A program made the position numbers and the translations under genes. Under the pieces are notes generated by a model. That model was given only the letters and a program-made list of their open reading frames with translations, had not been told where the DNA came from and made no database searches. Positions 40,974 through 50,208 of a stretch of DNA of 64,000 bases are shown in pieces (within the stretch, counting starts at the first letter, position 1; each line of letters starts with the position of its first letter). Source of the DNA: Hyphomicrobiaceae bacterium (GTDB lineage: Bacteria; Pseudomonadota; Alphaproteobacteria; Rhizobiales; Hyphomicrobiaceae); assembly GCA_008933705.1 (NCBI GenBank), contig WBUN01000013.1, forward strand, positions 25,793 through 89,792, read 5' to 3'.

Positions 40974-41833
40974 CCATCCATCCAGCCTATTGCATCGATG
41001 GGCCTGCGCTCGTCAGCTTCAGCGGTGGCCGGACCTCAGCCTACATGCTGCACGAAATCACACGCGCGCACGATGGGAAGCTGCCCGACGATGTCTACGT
41101 CTGTTTTGCCAACACCGGCAAGGAACGCGAGGAAACGCTGCACTTTGTTCAAGAGTGCGGCTCGCGCTGGGGTGTGCGCATACAGTGGCTTGAGTGGCGC
41201 GATACCACAGATGGCTTCGAGGAAGTCGGCTTCAACTCGGCCAGTCGCGCTGGCGAGCCGTTTGCCGCACTCATCGCCAAGAAGAATTTCCTGCCCAATG
41301 CGGTGACGCGCTACTGCACGAGCACGCTCAAGGTGCGGACGATCAGCAGTTTCGCCAAGCAGGCCCTTGGTTGGAAACACTGGACCAGCGTCATTGGCCT
41401 TCGCTACGACGAAGGCCACAGAGTGCTGAAGGCAATTGACCGCAATGAGCAGCGCAAGGACCCCTGGCGCACGGTCATGCCGCTATCCAAAGCGAAGATC
41501 ATCAAGGCCGATGTACTGGCCTTTTGGGCACGGCAGCCGTTCGACCTCGCGCTCAAGAGCTACGAGGGTAACTGCGACCTGTGCTTCTTGAAGGCGCGAG
41601 CAAAGCTCGCCGCGCTTATGCGCGAAAATCCGGGCATGGAAGGCTGGTGGATCGAGCAGGAAGCCAGCATTGCCCCCAATAAACCAAGCGGCGCCCGCTT
41701 TGTAACCGAGTACGCATACGCGGATCTCGCGCGCCAAGTGCGGGAGCAAGGACATCTGTTCGATGGCTTTGTCGATGACAACGAAGAGCACGACGCGGAG
41801 TGCGGGCTGACCTGCATGGGGGCCGTGGCATGA
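40970..41833 (+). CDS. PAPS-reductase-like PP-loop ATP pyrophosphatase family protein
   Basis: SFSGGRTS PP-loop (SGGxDS-like), with C-terminal CDLCF and CGLTC cysteines. Confidence 0.75.
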   Translation: MTIHPAYCIDGPALVSFSGGRTSAYMLHEITRAHDGKLPDDVYVCFANTGKEREETLHFVQECGSRWGVRIQWLEWRDTTDGFEEVGFNSASRAGEPFAALIAKKNFLPNAVTRYCTSTLKVRTISSFAKQALGWKHWTSVIGLRYDEGHRVLKAIDRNEQRKDPWRTVMPLSKAKIIKADVLAFWARQPFDLALKSYEGNCDLCFLKARAKLAALMRENPGMEGWWIEQEASIAPNKPSGARFVTEYAYADLARQVREQGHLFDGFVDDNEEHDAECGLTCMGAVA

Positions 41834-42489
41834 CCACCCTGCCGAAAGGCGGCGCTGCCGTCATGGCCCAACGCCGCGAACCGCCGGACTCCTTGGATTT
41901 CTTTTGCACACCGCCATGGGCCACGCGGGCCTTGTGCGAAATCGTGCTCGGCAAACGTCCGTGGATCAGTAGTGCGAACCGCAAGGCGCATGGCGAGACC
42001 TGTTGGGAGCCCGCCTGCGGTGAAGGCCACATGGCGGAAGTTCTCGGCGAATACTTCCCCGAAGTGCAGGCCTCCGACGTGCATGACTACGGCAAGGGCT
42101 ATCTGATCGGCTCCTTCATTGGGCATGGCCCCGATGTGATGCGTATGGCGGGCGGGGTAGATTGGGTCGTCACCAATCCCCCCTTCAACCTCGGGGTCGA
42201 ATTCGCCTTGCGGGCGCTGGAGACCGCCAAGGTCGGGGTGGCACTGCTGCTGCGCACAGTGTGGGCCGAGGGTGGCGACCGCTATCTCAAAATCTTCCGC
42301 ACGTCGCCGCCAAGCCTCATCGCGCAGTTCTGCGAGCGCGTACCCATGACGAAGGGGCGCTGGGATCCCGACGCGTCCACGGCCACGAGCTACAGCTGGT
42401 TTGTGTGGCGGCGATACCTCGCCCGGCACGCGCACATCGTTCATGTGGATCCCGCCAGGTCTGCGCACGGCGCTGGAGCACCCAGATGA
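41830..42489 (+). CDS. amino-MTase (N6-adenine/N4-cytosine type) with NPPF motif
   Basis: Motif I-like WEPACGEGHM and motif IV TNPPF. ATGA-coupled to the upstream gene. Confidence 0.7.
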   Translation: MTTLPKGGAAVMAQRREPPDSLDFFCTPPWATRALCEIVLGKRPWISSANRKAHGETCWEPACGEGHMAEVLGEYFPEVQASDVHDYGKGYLIGSFIGHGPDVMRMAGGVDWVVTNPPFNLGVEFALRALETAKVGVALLLRTVWAEGGDRYLKIFRTSPPSLIAQFCERVPMTKGRWDPDASTATSYSWFVWRRYLARHAHIVHVDPARSAHGAGAPR

Positions 42490-42599
42490 TCGCCGCCGGT
42501 TCGGCCCGAAGCCGGAGCCGATGACTTTGTTCGAAGAGGAGCCGGCGTGACGCAGTGGGGATGGTGCCGATTGGAACAGGCAAACTGAGGAGAGGCAAC

Positions 42600-42983
42600 A
42601 TGGATATCCCGGACAAACTGGAAGAGCTCGGCAGTAACAGCGCTCAGCAGCTCATCAAGTTCGTTGAGCGCATTGAGAGCCTCGAGGCCGAGAAGGCGCA
42701 GACTGCGGCGAACATAAAAGCCGAGAAGGAGCTTGCGAAGGCGGCCGGCTTCGAGGTCAAGGCCATCAATCAAATGCTGAAGGACCGCAAGGCTGACTTG
42801 GCCAAGACCACGAGGTTGCGCGCCGTTGTCCAAACGTACCTGCGCGCCGTCGGACAGTATGCAGACACCGAACTCGGCCAATGGGCGCTGCAATTCATCA
42901 GAGAACAGGCGGCGACGAAGCTGGAGTCGGCAAGAGCGCAATTCCGCGGTGAGCGGGCCAAGACGAACGATCCGCTGAATTAG
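42600..42983 (+). CDS. GapR/DUF2312-like nucleoid-associated protein
   Basis: GAGGAGAGGCAAC-ATG. NSAQQLIKFVERIESLEAEKAQTAANIKAEKELAKAAGFEVKAINQMLKDRK matches the DUF2312 core. Confidence 0.75.
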   Translation: MDIPDKLEELGSNSAQQLIKFVERIESLEAEKAQTAANIKAEKELAKAAGFEVKAINQMLKDRKADLAKTTRLRAVVQTYLRAVGQYADTELGQWALQFIREQAATKLESARAQFRGERAKTNDPLN

Positions 42984-42992
42984 GAGCCTGCC

Positions 42993-43439
42993 ATGTCCCA
43001 CAAGTGGGATGAGCGGTTTATGGGTCTCGCCCGGAATGTCGCCGCCTGGTCGAAGGATCCGTCGACGAAGGTTGGCAGCATCATCGTCCGGCCTGACCGG
43101 ACGGTCGCATCGCAGGGCTACAACGGCTTCCCGCGCGGGGTGCTGGATCTGCCGGCGCTCTTGCATGATCGGCCGGCCCGTCTCCTTCGCACCGTCCATG
43201 CCGAGGCGAATGCGATCGTTGCCGCAGCCGAAAAGCTGCACGGCTGCACGCTCTACGTTTGGCCGTTTCCGCCATGCGCGACCTGCGCTGGCCTGATCAT
43301 TCAGGCTGGCATCAGCCGGGTTGTCACATGTGAACCGGAGGCCACGCTCGCCGAACGGTGGGAGGCCAGCCTCGAGGCTTCAAAGACGCTGTTTCGGGAA
43401 GCCGGCGTCGCCTTCGAAATGCTGGGGCGATCCGCATGA
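42993..43439 (+). CDS. dCMP (deoxycytidylate) deaminase
   Basis: HAEANAI and PCATCAGLIIQAGI zinc motifs (HAE...PCxxC). Confidence 0.85.
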   Translation: MSHKWDERFMGLARNVAAWSKDPSTKVGSIIVRPDRTVASQGYNGFPRGVLDLPALLHDRPARLLRTVHAEANAIVAAAEKLHGCTLYVWPFPPCATCAGLIIQAGISRVVTCEPEATLAERWEASLEASKTLFREAGVAFEMLGRSA

Positions 43440-44404
43440 CCGATTCAGGCCACGTCTACCCCGTCACGAAAGAGCATCCGCCTCTGCGGGTGCGCGTGCT
43501 CGTGCAGTGGAATAACCGCCTCTACAAGGCGGCCCGCGTCTATCACCCGACAAGCAAGAAGCTGGTCTGGGCGGCCACGCGCGGTGATGGCTCGACCATG
43601 TATTTGCCGCCGCGCAGAAAGGCCAGGGAAGGCCTGTGGGCCGAGAACCCGGAGTGGTGGCGACCAGAGCAGCCGGAGCTTTGGAAGGCACCCCTGCCGG
43701 CGCCCAAGCCCTTCAATGGCGTCATCAAGCCGGAGGGGGTGATGGTCAATATCCGCGCCAAGCCGCGCCGGCGCCGGGCGCTGGTGCACCTGCCGAGAGG
43801 ACCGGATCTCCCCTGGTGGTGGCTGATCGATCCCGACGCGCCGCGCCTGGTCTACCAGCCGCCCGGGGATGTCACCCGTGACATGGCCGAGGGCCGCGTC
43901 ATGCGGGCTCTGTCGGCCTCGGGGGCAGGCGCCTGGGAGGGATTGCCCGCCGTGTGCGGATCACCTGTCCTCCGCCTGACCGAGGAGGTGGAGAAGTTCA
44001 TCCGCAATGAGGCGACCAGGCGGCAGGAGCAGCCCGCATCGGTCTGGCTGCAGCGCCTGCAACTCGACAATGCCGATCGGAGCGACTGGCTGGTGGCCAT
44101 GTCATGGTTCGCGGCGCTCAACCCGCCCGAGCTGCATTCCGACGTGCCTTGGCAACTCAACAATACCCAGGTGGTGCTGATCTGGCGCGCACGTGCCGCC
44201 GGCGGACCGCTGTCATGGCGTGCGATTGCCCGCGAGCTCGGGCGGACGCATGTGCGCTGCCTGCAGATCTACGAGGCGGGCATTGATCGCGTGCACCGGG
44301 CCGCCAATGGCCTGCCGGTCTTCGGTCACATCGCTGTCGCCGATCACATGAAGGCGCTCCGAGAGCGCAACCGAGGTTTCAGGAGAGGGAAACATGACCA
44401 GTGA
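43436..44404 (+). CDS. hypothetical protein with C-terminal sigma-r4-like HTH
   Basis: ATGA overlap. The C-terminus LSWRAIARELGRTHVRCLQIYEAGIDRV is HTH-like. Confidence 0.55.
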   Translation: MTDSGHVYPVTKEHPPLRVRVLVQWNNRLYKAARVYHPTSKKLVWAATRGDGSTMYLPPRRKAREGLWAENPEWWRPEQPELWKAPLPAPKPFNGVIKPEGVMVNIRAKPRRRRALVHLPRGPDLPWWWLIDPDAPRLVYQPPGDVTRDMAEGRVMRALSASGAGAWEGLPAVCGSPVLRLTEEVEKFIRNEATRRQEQPASVWLQRLQLDNADRSDWLVAMSWFAALNPPELHSDVPWQLNNTQVVLIWRARAAGGPLSWRAIARELGRTHVRCLQIYEAGIDRVHRAANGLPVFGHIAVADHMKALRERNRGFRRGKHDQ

Positions 44405-45146
44405 CGCCGTGCGGCGGCTTGCCGACAAGTACAGGCTGAAGACCGGCGACCAGGTGCCCCAGCCTCCCCCGCGTGCCGAGACGACGCCGGCCGTGAAGCG
44501 GCGCAGCCGCCGATCGCCCGAATGGACCAGAACCTTTGAGGCTCTGCAGCCGGCGGCCGTGTACATCGCCGGCTACGCGGCTCCCGTTCCGCGCGGCTTT
44601 GCCGACAACCGCGGGGTCTGGCCGATCCGCATCGGCATCACAACGCGCTGGGTGGACTCGCTCACCAAGGAGATGGACAGGCATCAGCCCGTGCATTGGA
44701 TGGGCGTGTGGTTCCGCGTGTGGACGCTGAGCTTCGAGAGCGCCGGGCAACTCGCCTTCGCCGTCGCGAACAGCATTGCCGACATGCTCGAGCCTGGCAG
44801 CCAGGGAGGCGAAGACCCGCTCTCTCAGATGCATCGCGAGATCGTGCGCTGGGTGCGGGCGGAGAAGCTCAGGAACGCCTTCCTCGATCTGGGACCGGAT
44901 TTCGACCTGGAGCAGATCAACACCCAAGCCGTCGTCAGGGATCTTGCCCTAGCGGATCCCCAGACTGCCGAAGAGAACCGCGAGCAGCACTTCAGGATCG
45001 TGCGCCGCAAGTTCGAGCTGGCCATCCATCACCTGGCCGGGGATCTCTGCATCCAGGCCTGGGATGGCGAGGCTTTCGATGCTTACATCGACGGCCTCGT
45101 GCGGCAGCAGAATGCGCGCGTTATCGGGCAACGGCCCCGGCGATGA
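44394..45146 (+). CDS. hypothetical protein (250 aa)
   Basis: ORF with good GC3. No motif recognised. Confidence 0.55.
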   Translation: MTSDAVRRLADKYRLKTGDQVPQPPPRAETTPAVKRRSRRSPEWTRTFEALQPAAVYIAGYAAPVPRGFADNRGVWPIRIGITTRWVDSLTKEMDRHQPVHWMGVWFRVWTLSFESAGQLAFAVANSIADMLEPGSQGGEDPLSQMHREIVRWVRAEKLRNAFLDLGPDFDLEQINTQAVVRDLALADPQTAEENREQHFRIVRRKFELAIHHLAGDLCIQAWDGEAFDAYIDGLVRQQNARVIGQRPRR

Positions 45147-45160
45147 GGGGAGCATCGGAC

Positions 45161-45535
45161 ATGGACGCCTGCTGCTGCCCAGACCTTGATGGGCCATCAG
45201 TCTTTGACGAGCGGCTCGTCAAGGCAAAGAAAGCGCACAAATGCACCGAGTGCTGCGGCGTGATCTTGCCCGGCGAAATGTATCTGAAGACGTGGGGCAT
45301 CTGGGAAGGCGAAGCGCACACATTCAAGCGGTGCGCTGATTGCATCGACCTCGTGAAGTGGGCAGAGGCACACGTGCCCTGCATCTGCTGGCTGTACGGC
45401 GAGACGCATTCGAACATCAGGGACGCGATGGATGAATGGGACCGGGAGTGCCCCGGCCTGGCGGCAGAGGCCGACGCGAAGATCAAGGCCGTACGCGCCA
45501 AGCGTCGAGAGTTGCAAATTTCAGCGACAGCGTAG
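45161..45535 (+). CDS. cysteine-rich hypothetical protein (124 aa)
   Basis: MDACCCPD..., CTECCG, CADC and CICW suggest metal-binding clusters. Confidence 0.55.
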   Translation: MDACCCPDLDGPSVFDERLVKAKKAHKCTECCGVILPGEMYLKTWGIWEGEAHTFKRCADCIDLVKWAEAHVPCICWLYGETHSNIRDAMDEWDRECPGLAAEADAKIKAVRAKRRELQISATA

Positions 45536-45544
45536 GGAAACCCC

Positions 45545-45799
45545 ATGACCGACTGGCAATCAATGGAAACGGCGCCGCGCGACGGAACTGCGATTCAGGC
45601 CGAGATACCCGGCCACGGCAGCGACAACATCATTGCCTGGATGTCGGGGTTCGCCGACATCAACGGTGACGATTGCTCATGCTGGGTGTTCGTCGAAGAT
45701 CAGGAGCCGCCGTCCTGCTGGACGGATGGTGTTTGCTGGGAGCGGAACGAGGATGGCGAGCGTTCTGTTCAACCGACACGGTGGAAACCTCTGAACTGA
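45545..45799 (+). CDS. hypothetical phage protein with ETAPxDGT motif (84 aa)
   Basis: WQSMETAPRDGTAIQ is an N-terminus common in small alphaproteobacterial phage proteins. Confidence 0.55.
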   Translation: MTDWQSMETAPRDGTAIQAEIPGHGSDNIIAWMSGFADINGDDCSCWVFVEDQEPPSCWTDGVCWERNEDGERSVQPTRWKPLN

Positions 45800-45813
45800 T
45801 GAGCGCATGACAA

Positions 45814-46074
45814 ATGGACACGCTTGACATGGTTCGCCCAACAACCAGCGACGTCGCACATCCGGAGGAGCTGATTGGCTCGCGCGGCATCATTCAAGGC
45901 GCCTCCGGCGCCGGGAAGAGCTACGCGCTGCGCCGGATCCTGGAGGAGACGCATGGGCGCATGCAGCACCTCGTGCTCGATGTCGAGGACATGTCACGCG
46001 AAAAGTGGTCACGTGAGTGCTTCCCCAATCATGGTTGGCGAAGGGATTGCAGAACCATACAACCCATCACATGA
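45814..46074 (+). pseudogene. truncated P-loop ATPase (N-terminal ~60 aa only)
   Basis: Walker A GASGAGKS and LVLDVED (Walker-B-like) are followed by an out-of-character tail. The composition break into lower-GC DNA starts near 45990. Confidence 0.45.
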
Positions 46075-46534
46075 GTGCAATTGTCAGTGCGCAAGCCGCT
46101 TCGCTGGCGGGTTGTGTTGCGCCGAGGCGGCGTGCGCCCAGGCGCTTTCCCTCAAGAAGATTCGTTTGGCCCCGTCCCAGATCAATTGCAGTCGATCTGT
46201 TGTCTGATCTACCGTGGGGGTCTGCTTATCCCCAAGAAATGATGCCGTTGGCCTGGCGGACCCAGGCAGGTTCTCCGACGCTGGTGTCTCGGTAGTGTCT
46301 CAGACCACTTGATGAGACCGTGGGGATCAGGGATTGGCGATGACGCCGACGTCCGGCGTCGCGAACCATTGCAGGACAGAGGATAGTGAATTGCTCAACA
46401 GCTGTGGGCGAAGGTGCTTTTCCACCCGCATAACCTCTTGAACCTGGAGCGGCTCCAGGTTCTAGCATCGTCGGCGCCGCGAAAAGGAGACCAACGCGCG
46501 GAATGCGTTACTCGAATGTTGGAGCTGACGAAGA

Positions 46535-46987
46535 ATGCACCGGGGGGATGAGAAGGATCGTGGCGACGCCAAGGGGAGGCGCGCTGCACAAGACGCCGTG
46601 AGTCCGGCGGCTTCAGAGATGACTGGCACCAGTACGCGGGCTGAAAGGCGCAGGGCGACGCGTCGGCTTGTCCTGAAGGCCGGCATCGTGGCCTTCAATG
46701 ATCGCCACTCGACCCTGCCCTGCAGGGTGCGCAACATTTCCGAGACGGGCGCGCGCCTCGAAATTGGCGGTTCACTCAATGCGCCCGACACGTTCGACCT
46801 CATCATCGAGATCGATGGGCTGGAAGCCCGTTGCGAAGTGATACGGCGTAACGGCAACCAAATCGCAGTCAGATTCGTGTCGCCTCCACGCATCACGGCA
46901 TCGCGACGGGTGCAGGTGATCAAGGCTTATGTGCCGGTGCAGCCGCCTTCGCTTCGACGCAAGTCGAAACCCGGTGAACCATGTTGA
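46535..46987 (+). CDS. PilZ domain protein (c-di-GMP receptor type)
   Basis: RRRATRR (RxxxR) and NISETGARL (D/NxSxxG) motifs. Alternative start at 46619. Confidence 0.7.
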   Translation: MHRGDEKDRGDAKGRRAAQDAVSPAASEMTGTSTRAERRRATRRLVLKAGIVAFNDRHSTLPCRVRNISETGARLEIGGSLNAPDTFDLIIEIDGLEARCEVIRRNGNQIAVRFVSPPRITASRRVQVIKAYVPVQPPSLRRKSKPGEPC

Positions 46988-47021
46988 AGCCCCAACGAAT
47001 CCCAGGGCGTGGGTGTTCTCG

Positions 47022-47246
47022 ATGATCCGTCGGCCCAGCATCATGGCGATCATGTTAGGTGCGGCGATCTACGCCTGGGCAATCGTAATGCTGGGCGTGG
47101 CTGGTGTGGCGCGGCACCTTGCTCATGACTCGGCGGCGGATATGCTCGATGCCGTCGCGGCAGCTGCGTTCATTGTGGGGACGCTCATCATGCTGGTTTC
47201 CTCAGCGGCAAGATCGGTCAAGAAGCCTGACCAAGCGTCCGGCTGA
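47022..47246 (+). CDS. small membrane protein (74 aa)
   Basis: Two TM helices (IMAIMLGAAIYAWAIVMLGVAGV and AAAAFIVGTLIMLV). Confidence 0.45.
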   Translation: MIRRPSIMAIMLGAAIYAWAIVMLGVAGVARHLAHDSAADMLDAVAAAAFIVGTLIMLVSSAARSVKKPDQASG

Positions 47247-47291
47247 TGGGGCATCCCCTCTGCGGCAGTCGGACGTGAGGTGAGCGCTTGC

Positions 47292-48728
47292 TCAGTTTGT
47301 GAGCCTGAGAATGGAGATCTTAAGCGCGATGTCGCGGTAGGCCTGGCGCAGCTGGTCACCGTTCTCGGCCAAATAGAAATGGCTCTCGTCTGTTGCACAT
47401 CGACGCAACGTTTCAATCGCCTTCGCTTCGTGAAGATCGAAGCCGACCGTGAAGACCTCGATTCCTGCGGCCTTGATGTTGGCGCAAACTTGTCGGGCCT
47501 GAGCATCCGACAAGCCGTTCATTGCCCCCGCTCCGTTGTCACGGGTCGCGATGCCGGAGGCGTCATATTGGAGGTTGTACTCTCCGTCCGTCATCAGAAT
47601 GGCGATCTTGCGGGTTGACTTATCCCCATAAGGAGCCGGCGCGCTTTCATTGGGCCAGACACTGCCCCAATTCGGGGAAATCAGATACCAGGCCCAAGCT
47701 GTTCCGAGGTGGCCAGCTGTCCAGCCGCCCGCCGTCAAGCGGTCGACCGTTCCCTTCAGCAGGACTTTGTCTTGCGTCAAAGGCACGACCTGTGATTGCG
47801 GATTGCACGAGCCGGATTTCGTGTAGACCGGCCCTAGCTTGTCGTTGCCGATGGGAGCAGCATCCGTGTAGGCGGCCTGGCCGTCACGCTCCGAGACGCA
47901 GTCGGTGAGCTTATAGATCTGCCAACGACCTTGTTTGTCTCGGAACCTGTTGGTGGCAGGCGGCAGACCACGAACCTGCTGCAGGAAAGGACCCGGCCGC
48001 ACGGCATCGGCGAACGGGGCGAGAGCCACCCTCGACGTGTACTGGCTCTGGTTATCCAGGATGACGACGTCGATCAGGTCCTTGGCTGCGGCCTTGAGGT
48101 CGGCAAGCTTCTGGCCGGCCATCGAGCCGGTAACGTCGAGCATCAGCGCAATTTCCACGTTCGACGCCTGGCTACCACCAATCGTGACCTTTGCGGTGGC
48201 GGTCGTGATCATCTTCACGCAGCTGTAGGAGTTGCAGCTGGCTGGCGCATCCGGGTCCGCGCCCTGGGGGAACCAGGTCTTGAGGACACCGAGGAAGGGC
48301 GTCTTGACCCACGTCGTAGCGGTCACCGTGAATTCCGTGTTTGCGGCATTGGGCGTGAATACGAACGAGCTGACGGTCGCATTGGTGGGCTTGGCCTGGT
48401 TGAAGAACGCGCTTGCGGCCGCGGCGGCCTTGTTGACGCTGTCCGTCTTCTCAACCTGAGCGACGCGACCGGCGGCGAGCGCTGCCGCATCCAGAGCCGC
48501 CTGCGTCTTGGTGTTCACGCTGTAGGCACGTCCATAGTCGACGGCAAGGCCGACGAACGCTGTCAGCGGGACGATCGCCAAGGCAAAGATGAGAGCAACG
48601 CTTCCCGAGCGATCGTTGCTGAAGCGTCGAAGAACGGGCCCGCCGTTTCGCCCCGTGCGCCAGGCTGCTGCGGATCCGATCTGGCGAGCCCCGCCAAAGG
48701 AGTTGACCTGCTTGGACGACGCAGACAT
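47292..48728 (-). CDS. TadE/TadG-like N-terminus + von Willebrand factor A domain protein
   Basis: GSVALIFALAIVPLTAFVGLAVDYGR (TadE-like) and the vWA MIDAS DVTGS (DxSGS-type). Start at MSASSKQ. Confidence 0.75.
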   Translation of the reverse strand: MSASSKQVNSFGGARQIGSAAAWRTGRNGGPVLRRFSNDRSGSVALIFALAIVPLTAFVGLAVDYGRAYSVNTKTQAALDAAALAAGRVAQVEKTDSVNKAAAAASAFFNQAKPTNATVSSFVFTPNAANTEFTVTATTWVKTPFLGVLKTWFPQGADPDAPASCNSYSCVKMITTATAKVTIGGSQASNVEIALMLDVTGSMAGQKLADLKAAAKDLIDVVILDNQSQYTSRVALAPFADAVRPGPFLQQVRGLPPATNRFRDKQGRWQIYKLTDCVSERDGQAAYTDAAPIGNDKLGPVYTKSGSCNPQSQVVPLTQDKVLLKGTVDRLTAGGWTAGHLGTAWAWYLISPNWGSVWPNESAPAPYGDKSTRKIAILMTDGEYNLQYDASGIATRDNGAGAMNGLSDAQARQVCANIKAAGIEVFTVGFDLHEAKAIETLRRCATDESHFYLAENGDQLRQAYRDIALKISILRLTN

Positions 48729-49032
48729 GACGCATACCTCGAAGCAGCAAGTGTTAGATATGCATGGAGACTGATCTGACCAAGCGAAGAGGCGAGGAAA
48801 TCGAGTCAACGAACTAATGATGTCAATCTATTTGTGGTGCGATTTTCGCTTAATCCGAAGAATTCCATTAAGGAGCGGGTAATCAAAGCGGAACTTGGAA
48901 GACCAGGTTCTGCAATCGGAGCGGACTCGCCAGGAAGTGAGTCCTTTCTTGCTCGCGGCGTTCGCGGGAAATTCCGAGCGAACAGCTCAGCGATTGGAGT
49001 GGTGAGTGGGCATTTTGTTTGATCGAGCGCGC

Positions 49033-49818
49033 CTACCGCAGGAGGGGGAAGGACGAGCGGCGCATGCCACATTCCGTCACCCACTCGCATTTCGTGCTGT
49101 TGAAGTTGCAGTATTGGACTCTCTCGCACTGCGTCGGGTAGAACTCGCCCGTCTTACAGTTCTCCCCCACCGGTTTGTTGAGACACATCGGCTGGTGTTG
49201 TGGATCAGCGCATCGTCTCGGTACCCATTGGCCAGACTCGTTGCACAGGCAGCCGCATTGCTGTCGTTGATCGCCGCGCAGTCCGGCCGGCTCTTGCTCC
49301 CATCGCGCCTGGCTCGCGCGCCAGTAGGCGATCTCGTCGGCAAATCCCTTTTGAATTTCCGGCGCTTTGACCGACGCACTCAACCAGGTCTGCGCCCAGC
49401 TTGGTCCGATGGGCGTCACAGCGCCGAGCAGCCTTCCGTTCAAGTCGGTCAAATAGAACGCATCTCCAACTTCCTCGAACTTCCGCCGGGAGATGATGAT
49501 GCGAACCGGCTTGCTCGGCTGCGTCAGCACACTGAACGCATGGACCCAGCCATCGTTCTCTCGCCACGACAATCCAGTGGCGTAACAGTCGGCCGGAAGA
49601 TCGAACGCCCTGCACACGTTAAATGGTGGAATATCTTTGTCGCCCTTTTGCTGCGCAAGCTCGATAAACCGCGCCCACGGAAATGGCTGCTGCGCGAGCG
49701 TGGCGGTGACGAGCCATGCGGACGCGACCAGCGTCGTTAGAGCGAGAGCCGCAAACCTCTTGCCCCATGCGCTTGTATCCACTGCCGCCCTCTCTGTGAC
49801 GATCGTCAATTCAAGCAT
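49033..49818 (-). CDS. secreted cysteine-rich hypothetical protein
   Basis: Signal-like ALALTTLVASAWLVTATLA. The C-terminal third holds 10+ cysteines. Confidence 0.55.
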   Translation of the reverse strand: MLELTIVTERAAVDTSAWGKRFAALALTTLVASAWLVTATLAQQPFPWARFIELAQQKGDKDIPPFNVCRAFDLPADCYATGLSWRENDGWVHAFSVLTQPSKPVRIIISRRKFEEVGDAFYLTDLNGRLLGAVTPIGPSWAQTWLSASVKAPEIQKGFADEIAYWRASQARWEQEPAGLRGDQRQQCGCLCNESGQWVPRRCADPQHQPMCLNKPVGENCKTGEFYPTQCERVQYCNFNSTKCEWVTECGMRRSSFPLLR

Positions 49819-50208
49819 CCAACGCGTCTTTATTTATTTCCGCTGGAATTTCGCGAACCTTTCGGCGACGTCGGCCTTGACCGACATTTCCCCAAGTACC
49901 CCCGTGGCGACCCGAGACTACCCAGCCAACCGTGCATCTGCAACCGCCATCACACGGTCCTGGCCGTTGCGGTCGTGCCCCGTGGCGCTCCCGCGTCGTG
50001 ATCCTGGACGTCCGGTAGCGGCGCGGTAACCCGCACACCCCCTTCGACCGATCAAATCGCTCACTGCATTTGCCATGGTGCAGTGGCTCGCCGACGGTCG
50101 TTGCGGGTAGCTGCCGGGACCCACGATCGAAGATGCTTGAGTGCTGTGAACAAGAAACCCCGGCCAGGAAACTGGCCGGGGTTCATCAACTCAGCAACCG
50201 ACGCTCCG

